Assembly (NCBI RefSeq): GCF_001194135.2
Contig: NC_068988.1
Span: forward strand, 79,960,195 to 80,006,772
Source: Octopus bimaculoides
Lineage: Eukaryota
Direction: 5' to 3'
Length of the DNA: 46,578 nucleotides
Shown: positions 23,329 through 37,100 of the stretch, piece after piece
How positions within the stretch are numbered: the stretch's first letter is position 1
Layout: each line of letters starts with the position of its first letter
The notes under the pieces: model-generated
Seen by the model: only the letters and a program-made list of their open reading frames with translations
What the model was told of the DNA's origin: nothing
Databases searched by the model: none
Program-made: the position numbers and the translations under genes

Positions 23329-24029
23329 CTCTCCTTCTCTTTCACACACACACACACACACACGAACACACAAATATTGCCATTCATAAACTTCTTCACT
23401 TTGACATTGAACTGAAGAGGTTGGTCACATTTACGAGAAAAATGTAAGTATATACCGAAATTTTAATTTTTAATTTACTGCTTTATTTATATTGTCTCTT
23501 TCGCGTAACAACATCATGCAAAAGCTAAAAACAGTTTTTGTTTAGCTTTCAACTTTAGCATATGACATGTCAAAATTTTGTTTTAACATTAAACCGACCA
23601 TTTTCTTTCTTCCTTTCTATTCTATATTTTAGGTCATCGGCATTCCAGTTCGTCAGACACTTGAAATTACTATACTAAAAAGAGGAAGGATATTTCTCCA
23701 AAAGCCTAAGATTTTGAGGTTTATATGTCAATCAAAATAACATCTCCCGAGACACTGACTTATCAATCTGGTGTTATTATTTTCGTGCTGTTGCATAACA
23801 TTTCCACTTTCGCAAAATATTTTCCACTGTTGAAGTCTTTCCTATTAACATTTGATTTATTTTGGCTGCACATTTACATGTCTACCATTACTGCCATTAC
23901 TTCAAAAATCTAATGAGTTATACTATTCATGATAGTAGTAAACAATGTTAGAGAAAATAGCTCCTGCACAACTCATCAAAGGGTGTAGTTTATTTCTTTT
24001 ACTGTATATTGAAGTCACACCGACGTGAC

Positions 24030-25200
24030 AGCTTTTTCAACAAGAATGACTTTAAAACAAAGGAGAAAAGGAAAACGCATGAACAAACCCAAGGCTATAA
24101 AAATTCCGTGTTGCAGTCCAGTATTTATGTAGGGAATGTTTTTGTGTTACCGGTGGGGTTAGAAAACAAGTTTGAGAAAGCAAAAACTACTGGTATGGCA
24201 TTGTGCTGTGGCGGTGACAATATTTCTAGCTGAAAGAGGCGTGGCATTTAAGGATAGTGAAAAGATTATAGGATCTAAGCTCAACGGAATTTTTACAGGA
24301 ATTATGGAACTTATTGAACAATTTAATCCATTTCTGATGGATTGCTTGAATGTATTTGGCAGTCACTAAAGTAGTAAGCAATCAGATTTTTCAACTACCA
24401 TCTAAGAAGAAATTGTTCAGTTGAATGCAAAATATGTGGATCATATTGTAGAAGTATTAAAAACAGAGAAGTATTTTTCAATTGCTCTAGCTTCCACACT
24501 AGACCGGTCTCATGTTGACAAGCAAACAGCTATTGTGCGTTATGTTGTTCCTCGGAAGCCGATAGAAATGCTTTTAACTTTCCTAAAGACTGGTTTTCAC
24601 AAAGCAAAAGTGCTGGCTCCATTTAACTAAGAATTTCTAAAAAGATAGTGTATAAATTTTGAAGACTGCACAGGTAGTCTTATGACAATACGAATAACAT
24701 ATCAGGTCACTACACAGGAATGCGAGCCAAAGAAAAAATAACTCGGTTCCAGTTTTCACTCCTTATGCTGGTCATTCGTAGTACCCTGTTGGTCAAGCTG
24801 CTGCTTCTTGCTGCGTTGAAGTCATTTTGTCTTCATACAAAGGGTATAGGCCTTTTTTCTCCACGTTGACACGTAAATGGGCAAATTTCATGAAATCTTT
24901 GGAAGGAAATAAAATACTAACTTTGAAATCTTTGTCAGAAACTCATTCGTCTGCAAGAGCTGAAGCTACAAGAAGAGATGGAAGCTTCAATGAAGAGTTC
25001 TTCGCCTCGAAAAACATAACTGATATCAGCATGGGATCAAGGAACTGTCAGAAAGATTGATTCTGACAGTGCAGCACGATTGCCCCTACTTTGAATGCTA
25101 GACTGGTTTTGTTGTAACTTGACGAATAAAGCAAATAAGCTACTATAATATTGCGAAAAACTTTTGACTCAACGCAAATCATAATCAGATTGAATGCCAG
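24030..25200 (+). mobile_element. Decayed hAT-superfamily transposase (ZMYM1/DUF4371-like)
   Basis: Motifs FLAERGVAF, NGIFTGIMELIEQFNPFL, KYFSIALASTLDRSHVDKQTAIVRYV, SYDNTNNISGHYTGMRA and LTLKSLSETHSSAR, broken by stops and frameshifts. Confidence 0.8.
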
Positions 25201-25704
25201 TATATGGATCACTATTTTTTAAACAATACATATTAACCAATTCGGGTCATTATATATATATATATTATTTTTATATATTATAAAACAAAATTTAGTGCAT
25301 TCATTAGTTTCAGACAATTGCACATAGTATCAGATACATGTAGCGAATGCATGGGACACTCTAGATGATATAATATCTTCAGTCTAAAGAATCAATGACT
25401 AATCCCTGCATTCTATCGTGAATTAAAGTCTTAAATACTTTTCCATTAAGGGACATCTTTTACCTGGAGAATTTACTACAAAACTTTATAACTTTATTGT
25501 CTGAGGAAAGACATTCTCTTTCAGTGCCTTATTATTTAACACACTCACCGGTTCGATTTCCACTCATTCACTAACTTTTTTTTTTTAAATTTTCGTTGCG
25601 TCTTGCAACCTTTTCTGTAGTCGTTGACTCTCTTTATAACTATATAACATTATTTATAAATTTATATCTTTATAACGCTACTTTATAACATTATTCGGAA
25701 AATG

Positions 25705-25860
25705 TTGGTATTTTAGTTGCTTAGCCTCTCGAGCAGACCTATGATAAAAGGCATTTCAGCAATGCTCATCTCATTTATTTCCAGAAATAGTATGCGTTAT
25801 CTCATGAGTCTTTTTTTAACGATAGGTGTGGTTCAAAGGAGTTGACTGTCATTTCTCTTT
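25705..25860 (+). repeat. Degraded interspersed repeat fragment
   Basis: cgagcagacctatgataaaaggcatttcagc resembles a recurrent octopus-type repeat. This is recognition from memory only. Confidence 0.35.
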
Positions 25861-26048
25861 GGTAAATCTTGTTTTATTTGTTTGCAATTTTATTTATAAG
25901 TTTTAGTCTACAGACATATCTTAGAAGTGTTTAAATATATTAAATGCATCTAAAAAAATACATTCAAAAGTGTCAACGGTCTATGAGATCTACTGCTTCA
26001 TAATTATGATAACTATTTTCTTAGTTTTTAACCAAAGTTGTTCGCCAA

Positions 26049-26188
26049 AGTTGAATGTAAAATATGTGAATCATATTGTAGAAGTATTTGAAACAGAGAA
26101 GCATTTCTCAATTGCTCTAGATTCCACACCAGACCGGTCTCATGTTGACCAGCAAACAGCTGTTGCGCATTATGTTGTTCCTCGAAAG
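26049..26188 (+). repeat. 140-bp duplicate of hAT segment 24419-24558
   Basis: Ungapped alignment, roughly 85-90% identical by eye. It encodes KHFSIALDSTPDRSHVDQQ. Confidence 0.9.
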
Positions 26189-26665
26189 ACGGTGAACAAA
26201 AATGAAAGGAAATTTCTCTCCATCTATGGTTAGTATCATAATGCATTTTACACAACTAACTATTATAACCATTAATAAGCGAAAATACGTTGTTTTAATA
26301 GTGACCTATGTGTGTGAGCGTATCTCTGAATTTATTTTTTACTGTAAATGATATTGTATTTAATTATGTTGCGACTGCTTGGTTCGTAAACCGGAACTTG
26401 ACTAAAAAATATGCAAATGATTTGATATAAACCCAAAATTTCAAACAAAAAAAAATAATAATATTTTAACATTTTGCTTACTAGTGATTGATCAAAGTAT
26501 CAACTACTTAACTTGAGTATTTTCTCAGAAAACAGGGCAGACTCTTAGTTTTTACAAGTTTATGCTAGATTTTACATAAATTTCATATTGATTTACAGCG
26601 ATAATAGATCTATAGATATATTCAGAGTAATAAATGCATATACGAAGACACGTATATGGACACAT

Positions 26666-26729
<64 letters not shown>

Positions 26730-26899
26730 NNNNNNNNNNGAGAAAGAGCCGGTTTCCAACCTAATTTAGGGTTCCTTCACTCGGATTTCAACATCAACAA
26801 CAGGGTATTATGTTTTGTATGTATGTATGTATGCATGTATGTATGTATGTATGCATGTATGTATGTATGTATGTATTGGGGTTGAACTGGATTCTTACT

Positions 26900-27300
26900 T
26901 TAAATTGGCAAATAAAGTATTCTCGCAGTCTATTCGTCGACTTCCTAATAAGAAGCCCTGCTCTTCTGGAAAAAGGTTGTCTTATAGATGTCTGTCTCTT
27001 CTTGGTGATATTATTGCAGTTAAGACCTTGTAGGCGGCAGGGAGACGTGCTACGGATCTGCAGTTTTGTAGGTCTTCAGTTTTGGCAGATTTATGAATTA
27101 GGATGGTTTTTCCTTCGGTGAGTCATTCAAGTGTTGTCTTTGGCTCCGTCAACATCTCATTGAATTTCTCTACAAGCGTCTTATGTGTCCACGCCTTGTA
27201 CAATTAAGTGACGTCCTTTTACAATCTGTATCAAACGCTAATCGAATTATTTACATTTTATCCCTCCTGGTCGACGAAGGAAGTACTTGTACTAGGCCCG
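26900..27300 (-). mobile_element. RLE-type (R4/Dong-like) LINE RT fragment, early RT domains
   Basis: The minus strand reads KFNEML..LE*LTEGKTILIHKSAKTEDLQNCRSVARLPAAYKVLTAII...FPEEQG...GSRR, a degenerate NYRPI.CL.T.YK and EQ.G motif set. Confidence 0.7.
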
Positions 27301-27534
27301 ATGCAGTCAACTATACACCCTTTACTACAAAAGCTGGTACTGGGCGAAAGTTTGCAATTGATTCTCATGTACGTTTTGGAATTCATAAATCACCCATTAT
27401 AGTTTATCTTTGATTATACTTTCGTAAAAAGAAAAAATTAAAAAACGGCATCATAGTGAAATCAATCAGCAATTGTTAATTGTTATAATTTTGTTATATA
27501 TCTTTGTCAAAACCCACCAGAACACACACTGAAT

Positions 27535-28280
27535 TTGGCTAACGGAATTAAAGCTACTGGACACCTTGGTTAGACTTGTAGACATAGCTTCAACGTCATC
27601 AACGGGAAACTTCACGACATGAACATATAAACATCATCCAAGACAATGAAGATGATGGCCATAGGGTAGGTGCATCATCTGAAGGCAGATATCAGCAGGC
27701 TTTAGGAGTGCGAGTCTTAGTTCAGCCCGGACTGGCCTTCAGGATAATTTCTATTGAACTGCACGTATACCTGACAAAAACATAAACCCATTCCATCAAA
27801 ATATCAGACATACTCCACCAAGAAAGAAGCAGTGCAATTGAAGAAAAAGTTTTCTATCCCATCAACAGGAAACGAGGTAGCAACTATGCCAAACGACCGA
27901 AGCAGAAAGCAAAATACCATGGTCAGTTTCAATAGCAGAAAACCTTGTACAAAATGATTTCGGATTCAGGCGTAGACCAACTAAAGACACACCAGAGGCT
28001 TAAAAGTACCGAAATGAAAACAGAGACGGGAGATGTGCTTGAATTTTGTTGCACAAGATCAAAGTCTCGTACCGAAATCCTATCACGTCATCAAAGAGAG
28101 AAGAGCTCCCCATCTCCTGCAGAAACCGGACAACGGTATCAAAAGTAATATGAATATCCATGCAGTCCAGACGATTGCACTACTAGGGACATCACACATA
28201 CAACAATGTAGAGTTGTTAATCAAGCCACATCTTTCCTATGGCATCTTGGGTCCATAGTCTGGACCTGATTCTAAAGAAT
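27535..28280 (+). mobile_element. RLE-type LINE 3' portion with internal deletions
   Basis: Fragments ELKLLDT, HHLKADISRL, KYHGQF, VAQDQSL and NIHAVQTIALLGTSHI. The last parallels IQKIALLGTAHI in 21630-21854. Confidence 0.65.
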
Positions 28281-30852
28281 ATAAAACAGGAAGCACAAAA
28301 TAATGATAATATATAGTTTCATTAGTTTCTTATATAGTACAAGAGATGTTATTGTTCATAAAATTTCATTTAATGCAAAATGTAAATCAAAAATGGGTTT
28401 CTGAAAAAGTTGCCGGTGCACGTATATATAACAAACGACGGAATAAATCTCATTTGAATATATTAAGATAGGTTTAAAATTTAATAAACAAGTAAATAAG
28501 GGCTGCCGGGTAATCCATCAGTTCATTTTACTAAAACGCTAATGTGTTACAAAGCTGTAGAAAATTTAGGGCCAATGTCTTTAATACAATATTTTGAGAC
28601 ATATATAATTAAATGAATATATAAGCGCATTCTAATTAAATAGGATTTTGAAAAGCAATAGTGGAAAACAAAATGTGAGCATGCCATCGATAAACAGGTG
28701 AGAAGTTGACAACTAGATTGGCTTAGAACACATCACGATCCTCCAAGTCCATCGATCGCCCATCGATCCTCGTATTAAAACCCAAAGGCACTCATAAGTA
28801 TTTGCTGCGTTGGTTGAAGTCGGTAGCATCCCACATCCCTGGACAGACATTTTTATGTGATTGTAGACTTTTGCTGTGGTTTTCACCCCTATCCTCCTTA
28901 CCTAACTTCAGAACTTTCATTGTCCCTATGAGGATATAGCTACTCTTCGGACAACTGTGAAATTCAAGTTTGCTAGAGAAAAGTGTTCTTCTTCATAGCT
29001 TCTACTTACCTTTTTCTGGAGAATGTATCTCTCTCCAACGTTTTTACCCTTTCAGATACCCTCAAAGTTCTACAACCCTGTTCATTATCCATCTTCACAG
29101 ACGCAAGACAATGGTGTAGTGTTGCAGATTATGACCTAGAAGGGCAACCCGGTTGTTGCTTTTAGGATTGAAGGCGTAAAATCTGTTCCACTATATCTAG
29201 AACATCGAGTGGTGGTGCTTAAAGAACAGTAGTTTCTGCGGCCTGCAATTATTATTACTGCTTCTGTTGTCCTGTTTTTTTTTTTTTNNNNNNNNNNNNN
29301 NNNNNNNNNNNNNNNNNNNNNNGGGGGGGGGGGGTCAGTTTTTGTTTTTCTGATCAGAAAGCTCTAAACAGCCCTGAATGCCACACATATGTAGCAGCAC
29401 ATTCACTCAATTCTACCAGTTTAACTACTTTCATTTGTGCACTGACGATGACGTACAGGACCGAAATAACTCTGTTTTCGAGAATCAATAAGACTGGCAG
29501 TTCTAGTCACTTTAGCGTTCACTGCTTACCTGTAGCACTGGTGATGATAAGCAGAATCAACGTCATCACCAATGTCTCTCACCAAAGTCTTCATGTAATA
29601 TCATTCTATTCATTGTAGTACCTGCCTATCGGAAGGCATGTAACGCACTAGCTCGGTCTGCTTTCTTGCCCTCTCTTCAAATTCTATATAACACACAATG
29701 GACTCTGGCATAATCGATACTGCACATTATATAACACCGACAACCCACATATCACAAAGTAGCAATAAAAACAACCACTCAGTACATATGCTACAAAGCC
29801 ACTGACTGACACTTAAGTACATAACACTAATTACATAGTACATACGAAACAACACATTTCAAATTGCACAAACTCTGTTCAAGAGAAGTTGCAACCACGC
29901 AAAAGTGAAATAGAATATAAACATAATTCAACGTTCCCAAAGGACAAGTCTGCACACACATCAGGTACGCAGTGATGTACTTAATAGTGCAGTAGAAACT
30001 CTTCGAAACATATGGTGGAGGAGGAGCAGGACAACGATGACGACGATGACGAAGACGACAACTGTAATATCCTGTTACTTTGCCTCCAAGATCCATTTAT
30101 ACGTGCAACATGATACAAAAATATATGGAAATGTATATATCTAGTTATACAACAGCGAGGAATGGGATAAGAGCGTTATACAATAGAGGGGGCGTTAGTT
30201 GTTTTTCATAAGTGAGTATACAGATATATAAAAATAAATGAAGTAATGAAACTGTAACCCATCCACTCGGATGAGAATCTTCTATAAGGGTTTGGTTAGG
30301 ACACTACAATCCTAATTCGTTTCCGCTCCCAGTTACTCAGGAAAAACGTAATCACAAAGTTTACTTCTGAAGTTGCTAGAATGTATGAGAAAAGACCCAA
30401 ATCTTCTTGGAAGCTAAGGTATAGCGTAAGAGACTTTGAAAATGATTCATATTAGCAATGTATTATTTGCATGTCGAAGTTCATTTCTGTTCCAATCTCT
30501 ATATTATTTTTTTATTCGTCTTCACGTATAACGTTCAAAACGTTCGCCGCTGGTAGTTCAAAGAAATTTGAATATTATACAGTTTGAGATCGGAATGTGT
30601 TTTTCGTATATCTTGCTCACTTTCTGTTTTTGTGGGATAGGTCCTTTTCCATATTTTCTACTGTCACCGACAGTTTCTCATTCTTGTTTATCTTTGCAAG
30701 ACGCATAGTATGATAGTACCGGATTTGGACGGGGTGGGGACGCTGATGGTCATCGTTTTTGGCACTGACAATGAACAGTTTAAAGCACTATACTTGGAAC
30801 CTCCCTCGGAGCTGCGATTAATGTAGTTCTTTCTCTTGTTGCTGCCCCTGCT

Positions 30853-30857
<5 letters not shown>

Positions 30858-30937
<80 letters not shown>
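30858..30937. repeat. (CT)n microsatellite
   Basis: Directly visible. Confidence 0.98.
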
Positions 30938-30939
<2 letters not shown>

Positions 30940-30941
<2 letters not shown>

Positions 30942-31300
30942 ACCTTCCCAGCTTCACTTGGCAGAAATCTTTCAAGTAGCTCTTACTGCCGCATATGTAA
31001 CAGCTTGGCTTTCTGCCCTGAACCACTAGTCATATCGCTTACAACGGCGTACAGCTCTGGAATCGTTCTGTTGTCTTTGGATGTTATCAGACCCTATATG
31101 TCCATGAAGACCAACTGCGACAAAAATGATCCATATCACCGCGGCGCTTATCTCATAGTTTTAAATTCCTCAGGCAAGGACGCACGCTGGCGCTTCTTTT
31201 TCTCCAACTTATCTAATTATTGTAATGCTAACGTTGGATCTGTTTTTGGTACTTTATAAATATTGTGCAAGTTTGCGCTCATGCTGCTGTTGTTTGCATA
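30940..31300 (-). mobile_element. Relic of a Tx1/L1-like ORF1 with a gag-type zinc knuckle
   Basis: The minus strand reads LVVQGRKPSCYICGSKSYLKDFC. The knuckle at 31002-30961 has CX2CX4[H>Y]X4C spacing; TAC is one transition from CAC. Confidence 0.55.
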
Positions 31301-31730
31301 TTTATCAATGAGGTGCGAATTTGCGTTAGAGAGTGTGAAATTGTATTGGTTGTATTTGTAAGGGCTTTTCTTTGTTTTATTGTCATCTCTTTTGTTTCTC
31401 ATTTTTTAGCTCATTTTTGTGTAATCGAAAATTATTTGACCCTTTTATCAAGGCATGGTCAATGTTATCTTCTTTTTTATTGTTACCTCTTTCTTCTCCT
31501 GCCGGAGAATCCTTCTTAAATAGAATGCAAATACAAGAAACATTTTTAGAAAATAAAACAGTCTCTGTGACAAGCAAATTTTCCATACGAAGACATTCAC
31601 ACGTTCCGAAAAATTGTCAGAAGTTCGAAAAGGAAATAAAACATACATAAAAATATATTCAATAAACTTGGTAATACTCTAACTCTCATGGAACAGATTC
31701 ACAATACTATCGTCCACGCAATAATAATAA

Positions 31731-31940
31731 AGGTTTCAAATTTTGGCACAAGGCCAGCAATTTCAGAGCAGGGTTTTAGTCGATTACATCAATCCCAGTG
31801 CTCAAATGGTACTTACTTCACCGACAAAGAGAAGATAAAAGGCAAAGTCGACCTCGGCGGAATTTTAAACTCCGAACGTAAAGGCGGAGGAAATGCTACT
31901 AAGCAGTTTTCCCGGCAAGTTAACGGTTCTGCCAGTTCAC
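31731..31940 (-). mobile_element. tRNA-derived SINE family B
   Basis: Aligns with the other family B copies. Confidence 0.85.
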
Positions 31941-31985
31941 GGACCTAATAACAACAATAATAATAATAATAATAACAGTAATGAT

Positions 31986-32118
31986 AATCCTTTCCACTAC
32001 AGGCATTAGGCCTGGATTTTTGTGGGAAGGTGCTAGTCGAGTGGATCGACCTCAATGCTCCACTGATACTCATTTCGTCGCAGGATGAAACGTAGAGTCG
32101 ACCTCAGCGGAATTTGAA
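31986..32118 (-). mobile_element. Partial SINE family B
   Basis: Family B 3' part followed by gtcgacctcagcggaatttgaa. Confidence 0.75.
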
Positions 32119-32145
32119 ATCAATATTAGTAATAATAATAATAAC

Positions 32146-32590
<445 letters not shown>

Positions 32591-32691
32591 TAATAATAAT
32601 GATAATAATGATGATGATGATGATGATGATGATGATTGCATTTATTTGCCACAAGGGTGAAGAATGAGGGTAATAATAATAATAATAATAA

Positions 32692-32722
<31 letters not shown>

Positions 32723-32782
32723 AAGAAGAAGAAGAAGAAGAAGAAGAAGAAGAAGAAGAAGAAGAAGAAGAAGAAGAAGAAG

Positions 32783-32990
32783 CATTTTTACTAAAGGCAC
32801 AAGGCCTGAAATTTGGTGGAAGTCGATTACATCAATCCCAGTGTTTCACTGGTACCTAATTTATCGACCCCAAAAAGATGAAAAGCAAAGTCGACCGCAG
32901 CGGAATTTGAACGTAGAATGTTGCGGCAGACGAAATACCGCTGAGCATTTCGCCCGGCGTGCTAACGAATCTGCCAGCTCGCCGCCTTAA
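32783..32990 (-). mobile_element. tRNA-derived SINE family B, well preserved
   Basis: The minus-strand head ggcgagctggcagattcgttagcacgccgggcgaaatgctcagcgg...ttcaaattccgc has A/B-box-like motifs. Confidence 0.9.
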
Positions 32991-33282
32991 ACAACAACAA
33001 CAACAACGACGACGTCGACGATGACAAAAACAACAATGACGACGATGGTAATTGAAAATATGTGGTTTGAGTAACGCATGACCTTATTAAACTTCTAGAA
33101 AATCCTTTTTCTGACTCTAAAAAAAAAAGAGTCGACCTTTCGGTTAACAATAATGTTGACGTAGTACAAAGGTCAGTGTGTCACGCATAGAGATACGATT
33201 ATATTGCTCTTATATGCTCCTACATCTTATATATATATTCTTATTATTATCCTCATCATCATTATTATTATTGTTGTTGTTG

Positions 33283-33343
<61 letters not shown>

Positions 33344-33691
33344 CATCATCATCATCATCATTATTATTATTATCGTTACCATTTGTACATCTATACTTGT
33401 CGACTTCGAAACGAATAGCAAGCAATAAGCAGTCAAATGTGTTTAATATTTTAAGCAAAGGAAAAAGAAAAAAAATTTCCTGTCATCTAATCTAAAAAAA
33501 AAAGTTAGTCTACGATTGTATTTTCAAGTCAGTTCATTTAGAGCGTTTAATAGCATTAATGAGCGAATTTTTGCCTTAACTAGACAATAAAGCATTATTT
33601 ACCCAATGTAAAACTGATTTTAATAGCCGTACCTAGAAAAAAGAACTAGTCTTGCCTTGATAATATCATACAAGTCATTAAAGTATATTCA

Positions 33692-34127
<436 letters not shown>

Positions 34128-37100
34128 CATGCATTCCGATATGTAATTACCAGAGAATGGCGTGTGACGCATAATTTCTAAGAATTTAAAGGTGTTGAAC
34201 ACATAAAATGGTTGTTTCTCCTTTAGTAAGAATATTACTAAAGGAAAGTGAGATTGACTTGTTACAACTGATATGCCGTATATTTGACTTGTTGAGAATT
34301 CATTATTGCGTTTCAGCACCGAGTTATGTTAATAATTGATATTAAATTATTATTGTTGTGAGTAATACTATGAAATATATGTTCCCTAACAAAGGTGAGA
34401 TACACAGCCGGCCATATCGATAGGTCACCAACACCGCATTCTGCAGTGATTCAAAATGCAGATACTTTATCGAACTGTAGGTAGCACAACGTTCCCCGCT
34501 GAAAACAGCATTTAACTAATAAAATAGATGAGCATTTTATGAGTTAACTCCAATGAGAAAAGAACTTGGCTTCTTTTATAAATCAATAACTGATTCTATA
34601 ATGCTAACTGCTCCGATCATGAAAAAAAAAACAGGAATTATTTAAGGAAAGAACAATAGAGTTTATTCCATATTAAACAATTTAATAACAAAGAAATATT
34701 ACTTTCCTTTTTCATAGGAACACCGATCCCATCTTCCGACGTAATAATAGATAATAGATACTGCCCCAACCTTGCTTTCCCCAGAATATTATTTTGCCTT
34801 ATACTGGAATAATTTAAGAGTTAAAACTCAAATAACAATACAAATACATCGTAAAGAGGTAAAAACGCAAAGCAAGTAAAAACGTTGGGTCTTCTTCAGA
34901 ATCATAAATATGCATTTCAGATCAATGTTAACTCTTCATTTTTCTGATGGTATGTTACCGTATTTTAAAAGTTCTTCGTGAGATTATTTAATAAACTACC
35001 AATGTTTAACTCATTAAACTATTCTTGAAAAATGGAAATAAACTACGTTGAATAATAAAACACGCATAACGTTTAGTTTATTTACTAGAATTGATATTAT
35101 AGTGCATATGCACGCAGCTTTGTGAATTTTTAAGCATACCACAAAACATATTAGGAAATAATATCAATATAGTAAATAATGTAGACTTGCGAATATTTAG
35201 TACATTCATGAAAAACATATTCATTTTTATAAAACTAAGATAACTCTTTCACACAAAATATAGATCATTCCTTAATCATGCTTACATATTTTCAAAAGAG
35301 ACAGCATGATTTTAATTTTCATATTAGTTTACTTGTTAGTTTATATATATATATAATATAGTTTCATTATAGAATTGAATTAAACGATATTTTTGTATCC
35401 ACAAATAATTTGATACATTCAGACTATATCAAATAACATACAAAGTCGACAAGATAAGTATATAGTAGAGACTCTGACTGTAACATTACGTAAAGAACAT
35501 TTTCTTTTTACGTAATGTTTAGGCATTTGGAAAATTGTACACATTGATAATTATCATTACTAGATAATTAATTTTCTTGTATAGGATTTTACATTTTTAC
35601 TTCCTAAAGTTATTTTTATTTAGCACATTTACCTACAAAGCACAAAAATATTCTTAACAAAATCTTTCTCTTACAATGAACATCTTGTGCACATTCGGCA
35701 GAATATTATTCAACGGAAAAATCGATTAAATATATCAATGAAGGAAAATATTTCGATAAAATAATTGAAAATAGTCATTAATTATTGAAATAAAGATCTA
35801 AGAAGTAAGTAACGTCAACCTTTAATTTAATACAGTAATTCCTCTTCATACAGTTTAACGATAGTTAAAAATGTAAGTAATATATTGATCAGACTTTATG
35901 CAAATATCTTTATCATTTACTCGCTATCAACGCTACGAATTAACACAGAAATGTTATCACGCTTCATATCATAAATTAATTATGTGCAACGATTCTCAGT
36001 GTTGGGGGAATGTTCGTTTTTCCATTAAACTACCATGAAATATTCTTACTCATATGAAAAACAAATTAAAGTATTTGAGAAATGCTTACTTGACTCGGGT
36101 TTCTGAATAATATCTTGGGTGTTAATTCTTTGTTTCTTATTTCTCAAATTGACATTTTATGTGCAAACATTTGAAGAACTTAAATTTTGCGCAAATTATG
36201 AATCAATTCAACTGAACAGATTTAAACAGATATATTTATTCAATTATATGTTTTTTCTTTTTGATTATATTGATAATATATATTGATACATTTTTACTCG
36301 GCAAAAGATAAATTTCAACAGACGATGTGCATAGACGAGGCAAACAGTATCTATTTTTTTTTTTTATTGGTCTTTATTTTACTGATCTTGGTGCTTATGA
36401 AATTTCAAAACGTGAATTTCCAACAAAGTTATAGTTTCATAGCTCATTAATTATCCTGAGCGATTAAATAGAACAGCAAAATTGTGCTTATTAATCATAG
36501 CGTCTTCAATTCAATCACAGGTACAATATTCTTTTAAATATTTCAACAACCATCCAGCAGCAATTTAACAACTGATAAATGCGGATATTTTTTTATACAA
36601 CTATAAATTGTATAAACTATTGAACAAGTTTTCAACCTAATTTGTTGTAAATATGTATTGATCAAATTTGCAACCTTAATTTGTTGCAAATATATATAAA
36701 CTAAAACCACAAACACTGTCATGTTTATTTTTAAGTGTAAAATTTAAATGTATAATATATATGTATGCACGTATGTATGTATGTATGTATGTATGTATGT
36801 ATGTATGTATGTATTTGTGTGTATGTGAGTATGTGTTTATGTGTGTGTGTCTGCGCGCGCGCGTATGTATTTTTTCTCGTTATGAGAATGAAATTAAAAC
36901 CAATAGTAGAAACTGTTGACTGATATTGAACAAGAGTGGCAACCGTTTTTGTTCTCGTAGATAAACTGTAGAGCATATGATGCATTTATATAGGGAAAAA
37001 TAAGCGGCTGTTTACTTTTACTAATTTATAGCAATGCAATTTATATCAAAATAATGTTTTAGTCTAAAGACTAAACTATATTTTCATGGGAGTTTGAGAA

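Noticed and set aside
23600-23720. Polypyrimidine tract plus ttttag acceptor at about 23632 followed by a short open frame
   Set aside because: The donor is weak (gtttat), there are no partner exons or recognisable peptide, and it lies next to the hAT relic.
29275-29334. Poly-T / gap / poly-G junction as a G-quadruplex or other functional site
   Set aside because: It borders an assembly gap, so its length and context are unreliable.
28640-29830. Coding-looking unique sequence
   Set aside because: I could not recover any conserved motif on either strand. It is probably an eroded repeat and is left unassigned.
30012-30062. Acidic EEEQDNDDDDEDD-like peptide
   Set aside because: A short imperfect (GAC/GAT)n repeat without an ORF or splice context.
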